Shown: piece after piece, positions 38,958 to 47,770 of the stretch
Numbering within the stretch: the stretch's first letter is position 1
Layout: each line of letters starts with the position of its first letter
NCBI GenBank assembly: GCA_964411255.1
Contig: CAYPKD010000001.1
Span: 71,331 to 135,330 of the forward strand
DNA: 64,000 nucleotides
Source of the DNA: an uncultured Gammaproteobacteria bacterium
Lineage (GTDB): Bacteria; Patescibacteriota; Patescibacteriia; UBA11705; DATKZF01
Direction: 5' to 3'
The notes under the pieces: generated by a model
Told to the model about the DNA's origin: nothing
Database searches by the model: none
What the model saw: only the letters and a program-made list of their open reading frames with translations
Made by a program: the position numbers and the translations under genes

Positions 38958-39290
38958 CTATAAGTTGAAATGCTTAGTATACTGTCCTAAAAAAGGCATT
39001 TCCCAAAATTCTCCCTGCAAAGCTTTTATAATACCAACAATACAATAAATGAACAAAACTATTGCGCCTAAAAAGGCAATCAGCCATCCTAAAAATGGTA
39101 CAATGCTGACCGCAGCAATAATTAACCATGCAATGAATAGTATTAGTCCGTTTTTTGCATGATGCACACAGAATTTACTTTTTGGCTTGGCTAATAATGG
39201 GATTAAAAATAAAATTCCCAGATAGCTTAAAAAAGCTATAGCTTTGTTTTCTTCAATGTCTTTTTGGTTTTGAGGTGTTTGTGTTTCCAT
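38958..39290 (-). CDS. DUF4870-like small membrane protein
   Basis: 110 aa with 3 TM helices, typical of that family. Confidence 0.55.
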   Translation of the reverse strand: METQTPQNQKDIEENKAIAFLSYLGILFLIPLLAKPKSKFCVHHAKNGLILFIAWLIIAAVSIVPFLGWLIAFLGAIVLFIYCIVGIIKALQGEFWEMPFLGQYTKHFNL

Positions 39291-39295
39291 ATTTT

Positions 39296-39364
39296 TTAGA
39301 AGGCTTAAGAGGGCTTGAGGGGGCTTGATAAGGCTATGGGGTAGAGAGGTAAGGAAGGCTTCTC
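39296..39364. repeat. repeat family Z, inverted copy flanking the four-helix-bundle gene (left arm)
   Basis: gaaggcttaagagggcttgagggggcttgataaggc... is the reverse complement of the ctcaagccctct-type motif at 39811-39872. Confidence 0.45.
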
Positions 39365-39380
39365 CAAATTTTTACCTTTT

Positions 39381-39791
39381 TTATTTATTTTTCCCCTCAT
39401 TATCTTCCTCTGCCTTTTTAATTTCTAAAGATTGAATTGTTCTATCTAATAAATACATTGTTTTGATAGCACGATCTTCAAAGTGTTCATATAAATCATC
39501 ATTAATGTATCCTTTTCTTAGAACTCGTCTAACTCGTTCTTGTAATTCGCCATTTGATCTTTTGCTCATCCTTAAAAAACGCAAATATTCAGCAATATAC
39601 CCACTGTAATATCCTTCAACAAAATTAGCTCCTATAGAATCTGATGCGTTGTCTATTTGACTCTTTATCTTATATTCATTTTTTGGGATTCGTTTTAAAA
39701 TATCCTGTACAATTCTATCTAATTCATCTATACTTTGCCAAACAATCATTTTCCTATGGGCATAATTGTTATTTTTATATTGATTTTCCAT
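39381..39791 (-). CDS. four-helix-bundle protein (23S rRNA intervening-sequence protein family)
   Basis: MENQYKNNNYAHRKMIVWQSIDELDRIV...IGANFVEGYYSG...LRFLRMSKRSNGEL is the characteristic family signature. Confidence 0.7.
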   Translation of the reverse strand: MENQYKNNNYAHRKMIVWQSIDELDRIVQDILKRIPKNEYKIKSQIDNASDSIGANFVEGYYSGYIAEYLRFLRMSKRSNGELQERVRRVLRKGYINDDLYEHFEDRAIKTMYLLDRTIQSLEIKKAEEDNEGKNK

Positions 39792-39810
39792 GATTAATAA
39801 AATTTAAATT

Positions 39811-39872
39811 GCCCTCTCTTCCTATTTACATCTCAACCTCTCAAGCCTTCTTCTGCCCTCTCAAGCCCTCTA
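39811..39872. repeat. repeat family Z, right arm flanking the four-helix-bundle gene
   Basis: gccctctcttcc...ctctcaagccttcttctgccctctcaagccctcta. Confidence 0.45.
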
Positions 39873-40223
39873 CGTCATAATATTTTTGAAATGTTTTATT
39901 TTTGGATTATCTCCTAGCTCAACAATCATCACGTCAAGTTGAGGATCAAATTTTTCATATTCTGAATTTTCAGATAAAAAAATATCAAATGTATTTAATA
40001 TTTTCTTTAATTTCTTATCATGTATATTTTCTTCAGGATAAAATTGTGAATATTCAGATTTACTCTTTACTTCAATAATTATTATTGAATTGCCTTGGCT
40101 GGCAATAATGTCAATCTCACCGCCAAATCTTTTAAAATTTCTTTTAATAATTTTATAGCCTTTCTTTTCCAAAAATTCCCCAGCAATTTGCTCTCCACGT
40201 CTTCCAGTACTCATTCTATCCAT
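39870..40223 (-). CDS. yraN: YraN-family (UPF0102) endonuclease
   Basis: GRRGEQIAGEFLEKKGYKIIKRNF...GEIDIIA...IIIEVKSK is the YraN signature. Confidence 0.7.
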   Translation of the reverse strand: MDRMSTGRRGEQIAGEFLEKKGYKIIKRNFKRFGGEIDIIASQGNSIIIIEVKSKSEYSQFYPEENIHDKKLKKILNTFDIFLSENSEYEKFDPQLDVMIVELGDNPKIKHFKNIMT

Positions 40224-40224
40224 A

Positions 40225-40776
40225 TTAGATTTTTAATAATACTTTTGCAAAATGATCGTCATCCAAATACAACTCTTTTAATGTATCCAACTTTGCTCGC
40301 TTAGTCCATTTTTTCATATCCTCTTCTGTAATTCTCTGATCACTTGGCGGACCATATGAATTTGAATTTACTTTCCAATCTACAATTAATAATTTACCCT
40401 GCGGTTTCAACAATGAACTGATTGCTGATAAAAATGTAGGCTTTTTTTTAATTTGATAAAGTGTATTAACCAATAGCGCTATGTCAGACTTTGGCAAATC
40501 TGCATTTTTTAATTTCTCTAAATCAGCCCATACTGGATTAACATGTTTTAATCTTAATTCTGCGCTTTTTCTCTTAATATTTTTTACTGCTGCTGGACAT
40601 ATATCTATGGCATGTACTTCACCAGTTCTACCAACAGTTTGAGCCATTGGAAAAGTCCAAAAGCCATGATGTCCGCATCCCAAATCTAAAACTTGATGTC
40701 CTGGTCGAACACCCAAATGAGCCATCAACTGGTCAAAGTCATACAAATGATGTTTTGTCAGATAACTATACGGCAT
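40225..40776 (-). CDS. class I SAM-dependent methyltransferase
   Basis: VLDLGCGHHGFW motif I, with downstream motifs consistent with the family. Confidence 0.75.
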   Translation of the reverse strand: MPYSYLTKHHLYDFDQLMAHLGVRPGHQVLDLGCGHHGFWTFPMAQTVGRTGEVHAIDICPAAVKNIKRKSAELRLKHVNPVWADLEKLKNADLPKSDIALLVNTLYQIKKKPTFLSAISSLLKPQGKLLIVDWKVNSNSYGPPSDQRITEEDMKKWTKRAKLDTLKELYLDDDHFAKVLLKI

Positions 40777-40799
40777 AATTTATAAATTGATCTTTTTGA

Positions 40800-41039
40800 C
40801 TAAAATAGTCTTCCAAAGATTGCTTCCAATACTTTCTCATGAAGTTTGGTCATTACTAAAAATCCTACAAAAATCAGCAATAGGCCAATTAATTTTAATA
40901 AAAACCTGGTACCGCCACTGCCAAAAATTTTCTCTCCAAACGGTAAACTCCCAACTGCCCGGTACACTCTATCAGTTTTCCAAACAATTAAAAAACCAGC
41001 CACTACCATTAATAATCCAATTATAATTCTACCCACCAT
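40800..41039 (-). CDS. small 2-TM membrane protein (uncertain)
   Basis: 79-aa hydrophobic ORF. There is no clear RBS, and a plus-strand ORF overlaps it. Confidence 0.3.
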   Translation of the reverse strand: MVGRIIIGLLMVVAGFLIVWKTDRVYRAVGSLPFGEKIFGSGGTRFLLKLIGLLLIFVGFLVMTKLHEKVLEAIFGRLF

Positions 41040-41149
41040 ATATTTTTGTTTTTATAGTGATTCAACTAACATTTATTATACCAAAATCTGAAAAACTGAG
41101 CAAAATAATTATAAACAAACAAAAAAGCTCCATTTAATTTAATGAAGCT

Positions 41150-42346
41150 CTATCTTCGACAAACATAAGCAATGATCAAATTGGGAAGACCAAACACAAC
41201 ATAAAATACCATTAAAAGAACAGACATCCAAAATCCCAATGCCTGAACAATGCAAACAATAAAGTAAAAACCAATTAGTTGTGCCCAAAAAGTTCTAGCA
41301 GTTGCACTGCCACTTATGTTTTTATTTAAAAATGCCATTAAAATACAGGCAATTAAAATTCGAACCGGTACATAATCTGTGGCAAAACCAGCCAAGTAAT
41401 ATACTCCAAATACCATTGCTACCAATATTGGTGGGACTGCTAAAGTTATAGCTAATCCAGCCTTTAATTCCTTATCACTTATTTCCTTTTTACCTGCAAA
41501 TCCAGCATCATCATAAAGTAAAAATGAAAACACAAACCTAATACAACTTTCCAGAAATAAAAATGCTATTAAATAATCCTGAAATTTCCATCCGCTAATC
41601 ACAAATTGAGGCTCATCTGCAAACCAAACCATTATGTCACTGATTGGCTGTCTCATTAATACGTAACAGCCAACAATTAGAATTAGACTATATAGTGTTT
41701 TATAAACATATTCCTGATCAACTTCTTGCTTCTTCATCATACTAAACAATACAGCATTTGCTGCAAAGTGAGTCAAAACAGATGCAAACAATCCATGCTT
41801 TACATATATATATGTAAAAAAAATTCCACTTAAAAATTGTGGCAACACTCTGATGATATGCCTATCTTCTCTATTATAATTTCTTAGATGGATTAATGCC
41901 CAAGTGGCATTTCCAATAAAGAATAAAACATAAAAAGCTATTGTACCTGAAAAAGCCGGGATCTTTGTTAGCAATCCAAGAAACAGTGCGCGTGCATATA
42001 ATTCTTCAATAATGACCAAAATAAAAAACTTGAAAAAGAATGCTCTTGCTTTAGTAAAATTTGATCTGTCAAATATAGTAATTTCTGCATTACCAACCAT
42101 TAAAGCTACTAAAACTACACTTAGACCAGCGACCATCAAATCCAGGCTGACTGTTCCAAAAATATCTGCCAGCATATTAAGAAAAGTAGCATTGTCTTTT
42201 TCAATTAGGTCTACATTACCAATAACCAACTGCCAAACTTCTTGTCCAACTGGCTTTAAGCTGCCAACCCATGCAGCAATCGCAATCACAATCGCTAGAG
42301 ATCCAAAAAGTGACCATCTAGCAGCATATTGTATATTCCGCTCCAT
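41150..42346 (-). CDS. CPBP-family (CAAX/Abi) intramembrane metalloprotease with extended TM region
   Basis: EELYARALFLGLL (EExxxR), FxxxH and HFAANAV motifs. Confidence 0.7.
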   Translation of the reverse strand: MERNIQYAARWSLFGSLAIVIAIAAWVGSLKPVGQEVWQLVIGNVDLIEKDNATFLNMLADIFGTVSLDLMVAGLSVVLVALMVGNAEITIFDRSNFTKARAFFFKFFILVIIEELYARALFLGLLTKIPAFSGTIAFYVLFFIGNATWALIHLRNYNREDRHIIRVLPQFLSGIFFTYIYVKHGLFASVLTHFAANAVLFSMMKKQEVDQEYVYKTLYSLILIVGCYVLMRQPISDIMVWFADEPQFVISGWKFQDYLIAFLFLESCIRFVFSFLLYDDAGFAGKKEISDKELKAGLAITLAVPPILVAMVFGVYYLAGFATDYVPVRILIACILMAFLNKNISGSATARTFWAQLIGFYFIVCIVQALGFWMSVLLMVFYVVFGLPNLIIAYVCRR

Positions 42347-42529
42347 CTGGCTGCTCCTTCTTGTCCTTGAATTTCAAAGTTCAAAGATGACAATAAACTT
42401 TATCATGATCATAAATTATTGTCAATTAAAAACCCAGCAAATTATTTTTTGCTGGGAAATGATAAATGCCCGCAGTCTGGACAAATTACTCCTTTGAAAT
42501 AATGGCCGCAATGCCGCTTTGGCCCTTTC

Positions 42530-42619
42530 TTAATTTTTTCTAATTTTAATTCCACATCTTCTGCAATACAAATCTTCATCCAAAGCTTTCATTTTGCACT
42601 TAGGGCAATTTCGTTTCAT
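42530..42619 (-). CDS. 29-aa zinc-ribbon mini-protein MKRNCPKCKMKALDEDLYCRRCGIKIRKN
   Basis: CPKC...CRRC pair. A second ribbon (HCGH...CPDCGH) follows in the +1 frame, suggesting a frameshifted double zinc ribbon. Confidence 0.3.
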   Translation of the reverse strand: MKRNCPKCKMKALDEDLYCRRCGIKIRKN

Positions 42620-42728
42620 TACTGCCATCCTTTCCAAACAATATTGTAATAAAATAAATTATCATAATATTTTGGAAATGTCAATAATAAAAAAAGAGCA
42701 TTTTATAGACATGCTCAGGTCATTTGAG

Positions 42729-43349
42729 TTAGTCCTCCCAGTAAGCGAAGGAATCCATCCAGTCTGGATAGTTTTCGTCCAGCCAGACCCGTGCCTGTTT
42801 GATCAGCTGTCGCGTTATCCTGTACCGCTGGAGTCTGTCACCCTCGAGCTCGGCCACTTCTGTGACGTGCAAGGTCTTGCCGCAGTCGGTCACTACTCCG
42901 CCGTCTGTGACATAGGCCAGATACTCTGCTTCTGATTCCAGCTGGCTGGTATCGTGGCACGACTCGTGGATACCGAACCGTGGGGCCAGGATCAGAGAGG
43001 CTACCCGTTGATAGTGGTTGGGCTTGTAGAAGATCCGAGCCCTTTCTCTGTCCTGATCGTCTATCAGCATGCTCAGCCAGGGATGGCCTGAAGCCACCCT
43101 TTTCCAGCCTGCTGGCAAACGCACCAGCTGAAACAACTCGTCATCTGCTGGACCGAGGAATTCCACTCCGGCCTTTTCCAAAACTTCCTTTGCACCTTCT
43201 GGCTCGACTTCGGCTGGCAGCATCTCTGATGCTGATGTCAAGAAATCCTGCTGTCCTTTCCTTTCTTCGTCGGCCACTACCTGATGTGGTCCGTGTTTTA
43301 CTGATTCTGCTAGGAAATCGAGTGCTTGTTGTTTGGATAACATTTTCAA
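42729..43349 (-). CDS. GC-rich hypothetical protein (206 aa), compositionally foreign
   Basis: RBS GGAGG 8 nt before the ATG. ~52% GC. Immediately downstream of the tRNA-Leu 3' end and of a TTGACT-17-TATGAT promoter. Confidence 0.6.
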   Translation of the reverse strand: MKMLSKQQALDFLAESVKHGPHQVVADEERKGQQDFLTSASEMLPAEVEPEGAKEVLEKAGVEFLGPADDELFQLVRLPAGWKRVASGHPWLSMLIDDQDRERARIFYKPNHYQRVASLILAPRFGIHESCHDTSQLESEAEYLAYVTDGGVVTDCGKTLHVTEVAELEGDRLQRYRITRQLIKQARVWLDENYPDWMDSFAYWED

Positions 43350-43418
43350 TCCTCCTTAAAATATAATGATTTTGTAATAAACAGCGACCTATTCACTGTT
43401 AAAAAAGATCAATAAATC

Positions 43419-43447
43419 ATCATAGCACAAAAATTGTAAAAAGTCAA
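43419..43447 (-). promoter_or_regulatory. sigma70-type promoter TTGACT-17-TATGAT
   Basis: Reverse complement reads TTGACT ttttacaatttttgtgc TATGAT. Confidence 0.5.
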
Positions 43448-43522
43448 TAATAAAAACAGAACCTATATTCTGTTCTTATGGCTGTGCCATCCGAAGCTCT
43501 GAGTGTAACGAAGAGCCAAGGA

Positions 43523-43609
43523 TGGTGCGCGGAGAGGGAGTTGAACCCTCACGCCCAAATGGACACTGGCCCCTCAAGCCAGCCTGTCTACCAATTCCAG
43601 CACCCGCGC
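43523..43609 (-). tRNA. tRNA-Leu (anticodon GAG)
   Basis: Minus strand reads GCGCGGGTGCTGGAATTGGTAGACAGGCTGGCTTGAGGGGCCAGTGTCCATTTGGGCGTGAGGGTTCAACTCCCTCTCCGCGCACCA. 7-bp acceptor stem, anticodon loop UUGAGGG, long variable arm, GTTCAAC T-loop and encoded CCA. Confidence 0.9.
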
Positions 43610-43666
43610 AAATAAAAAACAAATAATCAATGATTTTTGTTTCTATTTAATTATCTAAATTATCTG

Positions 43667-43855
43667 CTATTCAGCAATAATTGCTTGAACCGGGCATCCT
43701 TGAGCAGCCTCTTTAATCTTATCTTCAAATTGGCTTAGATCTGCTTCAGCAATCACCTCAGATTTATTCTCTTCGTTTAATCTAAAAACTTCAGGCGCCA
43801 CACTAACGCAATATCCGCAACCAATACATTTTCCTTGATCAATTTTTATATTCAT
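43667..43855 (-). CDS. 4Fe-4S ferredoxin (small)
   Basis: CIGCGYC...QGCPV cluster ligands. 62 aa. Confidence 0.8.
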   Translation of the reverse strand: MNIKIDQGKCIGCGYCVSVAPEVFRLNEENKSEVIAEADLSQFEDKIKEAAQGCPVQAIIAE

Positions 43856-43951
43856 ATTTATTTTTAATAATAGGTAAAAAGTTAGAAAAATTAAAAGTTA
43901 AACAGGTTATAAGGTTATAATATTCGCATCGCTTTAAACAATGAAACAATT

Positions 43952-44758
43952 TTAAAATTTCCTGTGCCGACCAACAATTAATTTCAATTTTTTATCAACT
44001 GATTTAATCTTGATCGGTGTTTTAATTACATAAGAGTTATCCAATTTGGCAGGCAAATATTCAAAGCTATTGATTTCAAATTCCTTTGCTGGCAAAACTG
44101 TCTTGCTATAGCGCAGTTTTCTTTTATTCTTTTTGAATAATCCAGCTGCAAAACCTGCTTTTTCTGTTACCACAAAATCCAGCATGCCGTCCTGAGGATT
44201 TATTTGCTTTAATATCTTTTTATTATCAATATCCTGATCAAAACAATGAAAATTTATGATCTGCACAGATTGGCAGTTTGGCTGGGGAATTATCTGAAAG
44301 CTGTCCTTTTTCAAATTAATACGTGAAATATCTTTTTCAATTTTTAAATCAGAAAAAAAATATACATCATTTGCCAGGCCCAAATCAACTCTTTCAACTT
44401 TCCTGGCTGCTAGGATATCACAAGCCAATTCCTCAGGAGGAATACCCAAAGATTTCGCAATCAGATTATCTTCTCCAATTGGAATTATACCCAAAGTCAG
44501 GTCATTTTTTGCAATAACATTAATCACCTTTAAAAAAGTTCGATCATTTCCAATCACTACCACTGTATTTACACCATTTCTTATTTCATCTTCTATTAAT
44601 TCATTTGCACTTTTTAAAAGCGATAAATGCCCTGGTTTCCCCTGTATATCCAGGTCCAAAAATCGTGTCCTAATCTTATCAATAATTTTTTCATACTTTG
44701 GGTCGCTTAAAAAAGAATCGTAAAGATAATAATACATAATATTATCCTGTTCAAACAA
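43952..44758 (-). CDS. diacylglycerol-kinase-catalytic-domain (YegS/LCB5-like) lipid kinase, divergent
   Basis: VVVIGNDRTFLKVINV (compare GGDGT) and IIPIGEDNLIAKSLGIP (compare lPlGTGNdfar). Confidence 0.55.
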   Translation of the reverse strand: MFEQDNIMYYYLYDSFLSDPKYEKIIDKIRTRFLDLDIQGKPGHLSLLKSANELIEDEIRNGVNTVVVIGNDRTFLKVINVIAKNDLTLGIIPIGEDNLIAKSLGIPPEELACDILAARKVERVDLGLANDVYFFSDLKIEKDISRINLKKDSFQIIPQPNCQSVQIINFHCFDQDIDNKKILKQINPQDGMLDFVVTEKAGFAAGLFKKNKRKLRYSKTVLPAKEFEINSFEYLPAKLDNSYVIKTPIKIKSVDKKLKLIVGRHRKF

Positions 44759-44761
44759 GAT

Positions 44762-45196
44762 TTAAAAATCTACTTCATCTTCCTCAGTCTCCTTGTTTTT
44801 GTCCTTTTTATCTTCTTTCTCTTCTTTTATTGGAGCAGCGGCGCCTTCTTGCATTTTTACACTGCCATTAATAATTGCTCCTTCCTCAACTTTTAGGATT
44901 TTTGTACTGATATCGCCATTTATTCGGGCGCTGCTGGTTAATTCCACTCTTCCAGTAGCATTTAAATTACCATTTACTTCACCTGAAATAGCAGCCTCAC
45001 CGGCATTGACCTCTGCATCCACTTTTGCCTGCTGACCAATAGTTAAATGCCTTTCAGTTTTAACTGAGCCTGAAACCTGGCCTTCAATAACAATATTGCC
45101 TTCACTGGCAAGATCACCTTCTATTTTTATTGATCCTCCAATTACTGTATCCCCCTCTTGTTGACTATAATTTTCATCATTATTGTCTTTGAACAT
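44762..45196 (-). CDS. bactofilin
   Basis: Repeating GxxIxGxV beta-helix units (IKIEGDLASEGNIVIEGQVSGSVKT...) and an acidic C-terminal tail. Confidence 0.75.
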   Translation of the reverse strand: MFKDNNDENYSQQEGDTVIGGSIKIEGDLASEGNIVIEGQVSGSVKTERHLTIGQQAKVDAEVNAGEAAISGEVNGNLNATGRVELTSSARINGDISTKILKVEEGAIINGSVKMQEGAAAPIKEEKEDKKDKNKETEEDEVDF

Positions 45197-45313
45197 AGAT
45201 TTTTCCCTAATTATTAATAGTTCCCCCCTTATATTAAGTTTTATTACTATAAATATTAAGCTATCCTGCAGGCTCTACCGACCCCTATATCTTAATATAA
45301 GCGTAAAAACTCG

Positions 45314-47656
45314 TCAATCTTGACTTTCTTCAACATCTTCTTCAGTCGGGCCTTCGATTAACTGGAATTCTGTGTCAGTTTCTATAGTTTTACCTAAATT
45401 ATCTAAAGCCTGATTGACAACCGCATTTTGAGGATCATATTCTAATATATTTTCTAAGCTTTCCCTGGCATTGCTTAATTGTCCTAATCTTTGGTAAATA
45501 CTTGCCATTACCCAATACCCGTCAGAAAAAGTTGGCGCCAAATCAATTGTCTGCTCTAATAAATCAATCGCTTTATCAGAATTTCCTAACTGATCATAAA
45601 TTATAGCTAAATAAAATTTGACTCCTATATCTTGCGGTACTTTTTGCTGCAAATTTTCTAATAAAACTACAGCCTGATCAAAATTTCCCAGTTCCCATTC
45701 AATCAAGGCTAACGTATAATGAGCTGGCCAATAATCCTGCTTTAGGTTAACTGCTGTAGTTGCGTTTTCCTTTGCTGCATTCAATAATGCCATTATCTTC
45801 TGCTCTACTTCAGTTGTATCTTCATCTTGCTGATCTAAATTCGCTTTTACAATTATCCATTCTCGGGCATGATCATGCTGTGATTTCGATATTTGATCCA
45901 ATAAAAATATATTGTTTGGAAAAGATATTAAAGCATCTAATAAACTTTGCTCAATCCATTCATATGAATTCGCAACCAAACCAACAGTTGATCTGTAAAA
46001 ATCCGCTGCTGTTAAATAATTCAAAAAATTCCTTGGATTTGCTTCAATCGATTTTGTTACTTGAATATTTGCCTTTTCAATCATATCTTGAAGGTTTGCT
46101 TCATATTCTATCCTTGAATTCTCATCTGGCACTATTGCTTTTAGATTATTTACGCTTAATATATAAAAATTTGCCAGCTGCCGGTGATAATTGTCATTAT
46201 TCTTATCCCATCTGGCTGCAAAAGAAATCCAGTTTTCAATCTGCGGCTGCATATTTATATCAAAGGCGTATTTTCTGGCTTGAAAAAAGGCCTGAGCAGC
46301 AACAAATCTTTTTATTGACAAACTCAACCCAATGACTGAGGCGACAAATAAGAGTAAAGCAATAATTATAATTAAATAATTTTTCTGCTTATATGTTTTT
46401 TTCTTTAATACAGTTGGTTTAATAGTGTAAATAATAATCCCAGCTAGAATAAACCAACTAAATACGCTTACAACTAAATTACTGATAAATAAAAAATGTC
46501 CAATCACAATAGCCAGCCAGATTACTCCCAAAGGCAGTATATAATCATCTTCTTTTTTATTTATTAACGATTTTATTGTTCTGATTGAAAAATATATTAG
46601 GAAAGCCAAATACGGAAGTATTACTACCAAACCGCCAGTTACCCATAAATCAAAGATCTTATTATATGAAAAATAAAACGTCTCTGACCAAAAGGCAGTA
46701 TCATTTACAAATTCCGGCCTGAATAAATTATAAGAAATTGAATAATTATTTATGCCTGTTCCCAATAAAGGGTATTCAGAAAACGCGCCTTTTGCCACTT
46801 CAAATGATGTATCGTAATTTGGCAACACCTCTACATTTACTTTTGGAATAAAATCAAGGCCGCCAATTCCCCAAAATATCGCTGAAACAACAATCACGAT
46901 TATTGGCAAACTAATAATTTTTACTGGTAGTTTTCTCTGCCTTACAAAATAAAATATTAAAAGCAACACTGATCCTGCAATTATCAACAACCAGCTGTTC
47001 CAAAGATTTATAGTCAATAAAACTACAACACTTAATGCTATATATATGGACAGTAAAACTTTTTGTAATAATTGTTTTTTATTTAAATATAAAACAAACA
47101 ATCCCAAACAAGCAATCACGCTTAAAGCCGTTAAATAACCCATGCTGACATTGTGCCCTATTAAATTGGCTGGCAGCCAGGTAAAAGTGAAAACCTTTGT
47201 TACAAATAAAATATAGATTATTTGAGAAAGCGTAATAGATGAAAGAAACAAGAAAAGATATTTTTTAAATTTTCCTTTATTTAAATAATTTATAGCAACA
47301 AAGAAAATTATCACTAATGCAGCTAAACTGATAAAACTCAAACTCCAGGTTTCACTTCCCCAAAAGCTACCATGCCTATACTGTGAAAAAATTGCAGAGA
47401 CCAACGCACCTGCAATAAAAAGAATTGGAAAAAAATAAGTCAATCCCTTGCCGATAAAATGAAATTTTTTATTTATTAATACCCAACCCGTCCAAAATAT
47501 TAAAAATAATAAAGAAACTCCTATTAAAAAATATTGCTTACTTAAAAGCACAAAAGGATTGTTTGGGATAAAAAATAAAGTGGATAAAGTAATTAAAAAA
47601 ATGAAAAATAAAATAAAATTTTCTAAAAAATCTGAAATAATTTCTCTTAATCTCAT
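45314..47656 (-). CDS. O-antigen ligase/polymerase-like multi-TM protein with C-terminal TPR repeats
   Basis: ~12 TM helices with Wzy_C-like topology. The C-terminal half has TPR-like repeats (WPAHYTLALIEWELGNFDQAV...). Confidence 0.7.
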   Translation of the reverse strand: MRLREIISDFLENFILFFIFLITLSTLFFIPNNPFVLLSKQYFLIGVSLLFLIFWTGWVLINKKFHFIGKGLTYFFPILFIAGALVSAIFSQYRHGSFWGSETWSLSFISLAALVIIFFVAINYLNKGKFKKYLFLFLSSITLSQIIYILFVTKVFTFTWLPANLIGHNVSMGYLTALSVIACLGLFVLYLNKKQLLQKVLLSIYIALSVVVLLTINLWNSWLLIIAGSVLLLIFYFVRQRKLPVKIISLPIIVIVVSAIFWGIGGLDFIPKVNVEVLPNYDTSFEVAKGAFSEYPLLGTGINNYSISYNLFRPEFVNDTAFWSETFYFSYNKIFDLWVTGGLVVILPYLAFLIYFSIRTIKSLINKKEDDYILPLGVIWLAIVIGHFLFISNLVVSVFSWFILAGIIIYTIKPTVLKKKTYKQKNYLIIIIALLLFVASVIGLSLSIKRFVAAQAFFQARKYAFDINMQPQIENWISFAARWDKNNDNYHRQLANFYILSVNNLKAIVPDENSRIEYEANLQDMIEKANIQVTKSIEANPRNFLNYLTAADFYRSTVGLVANSYEWIEQSLLDALISFPNNIFLLDQISKSQHDHAREWIIVKANLDQQDEDTTEVEQKIMALLNAAKENATTAVNLKQDYWPAHYTLALIEWELGNFDQAVVLLENLQQKVPQDIGVKFYLAIIYDQLGNSDKAIDLLEQTIDLAPTFSDGYWVMASIYQRLGQLSNARESLENILEYDPQNAVVNQALDNLGKTIETDTEFQLIEGPTEEDVEESQD

Positions 47657-47770
47657 AGTCTAAAGTTAAGATTTAACATCTTTATTATATAATAAAACTG
47701 CCAATTTTCAAAAGCCCCTAATTTTTGAACGTTATAAAGGGCAAATTTGGCAGAATTTTTCAACACTAAT

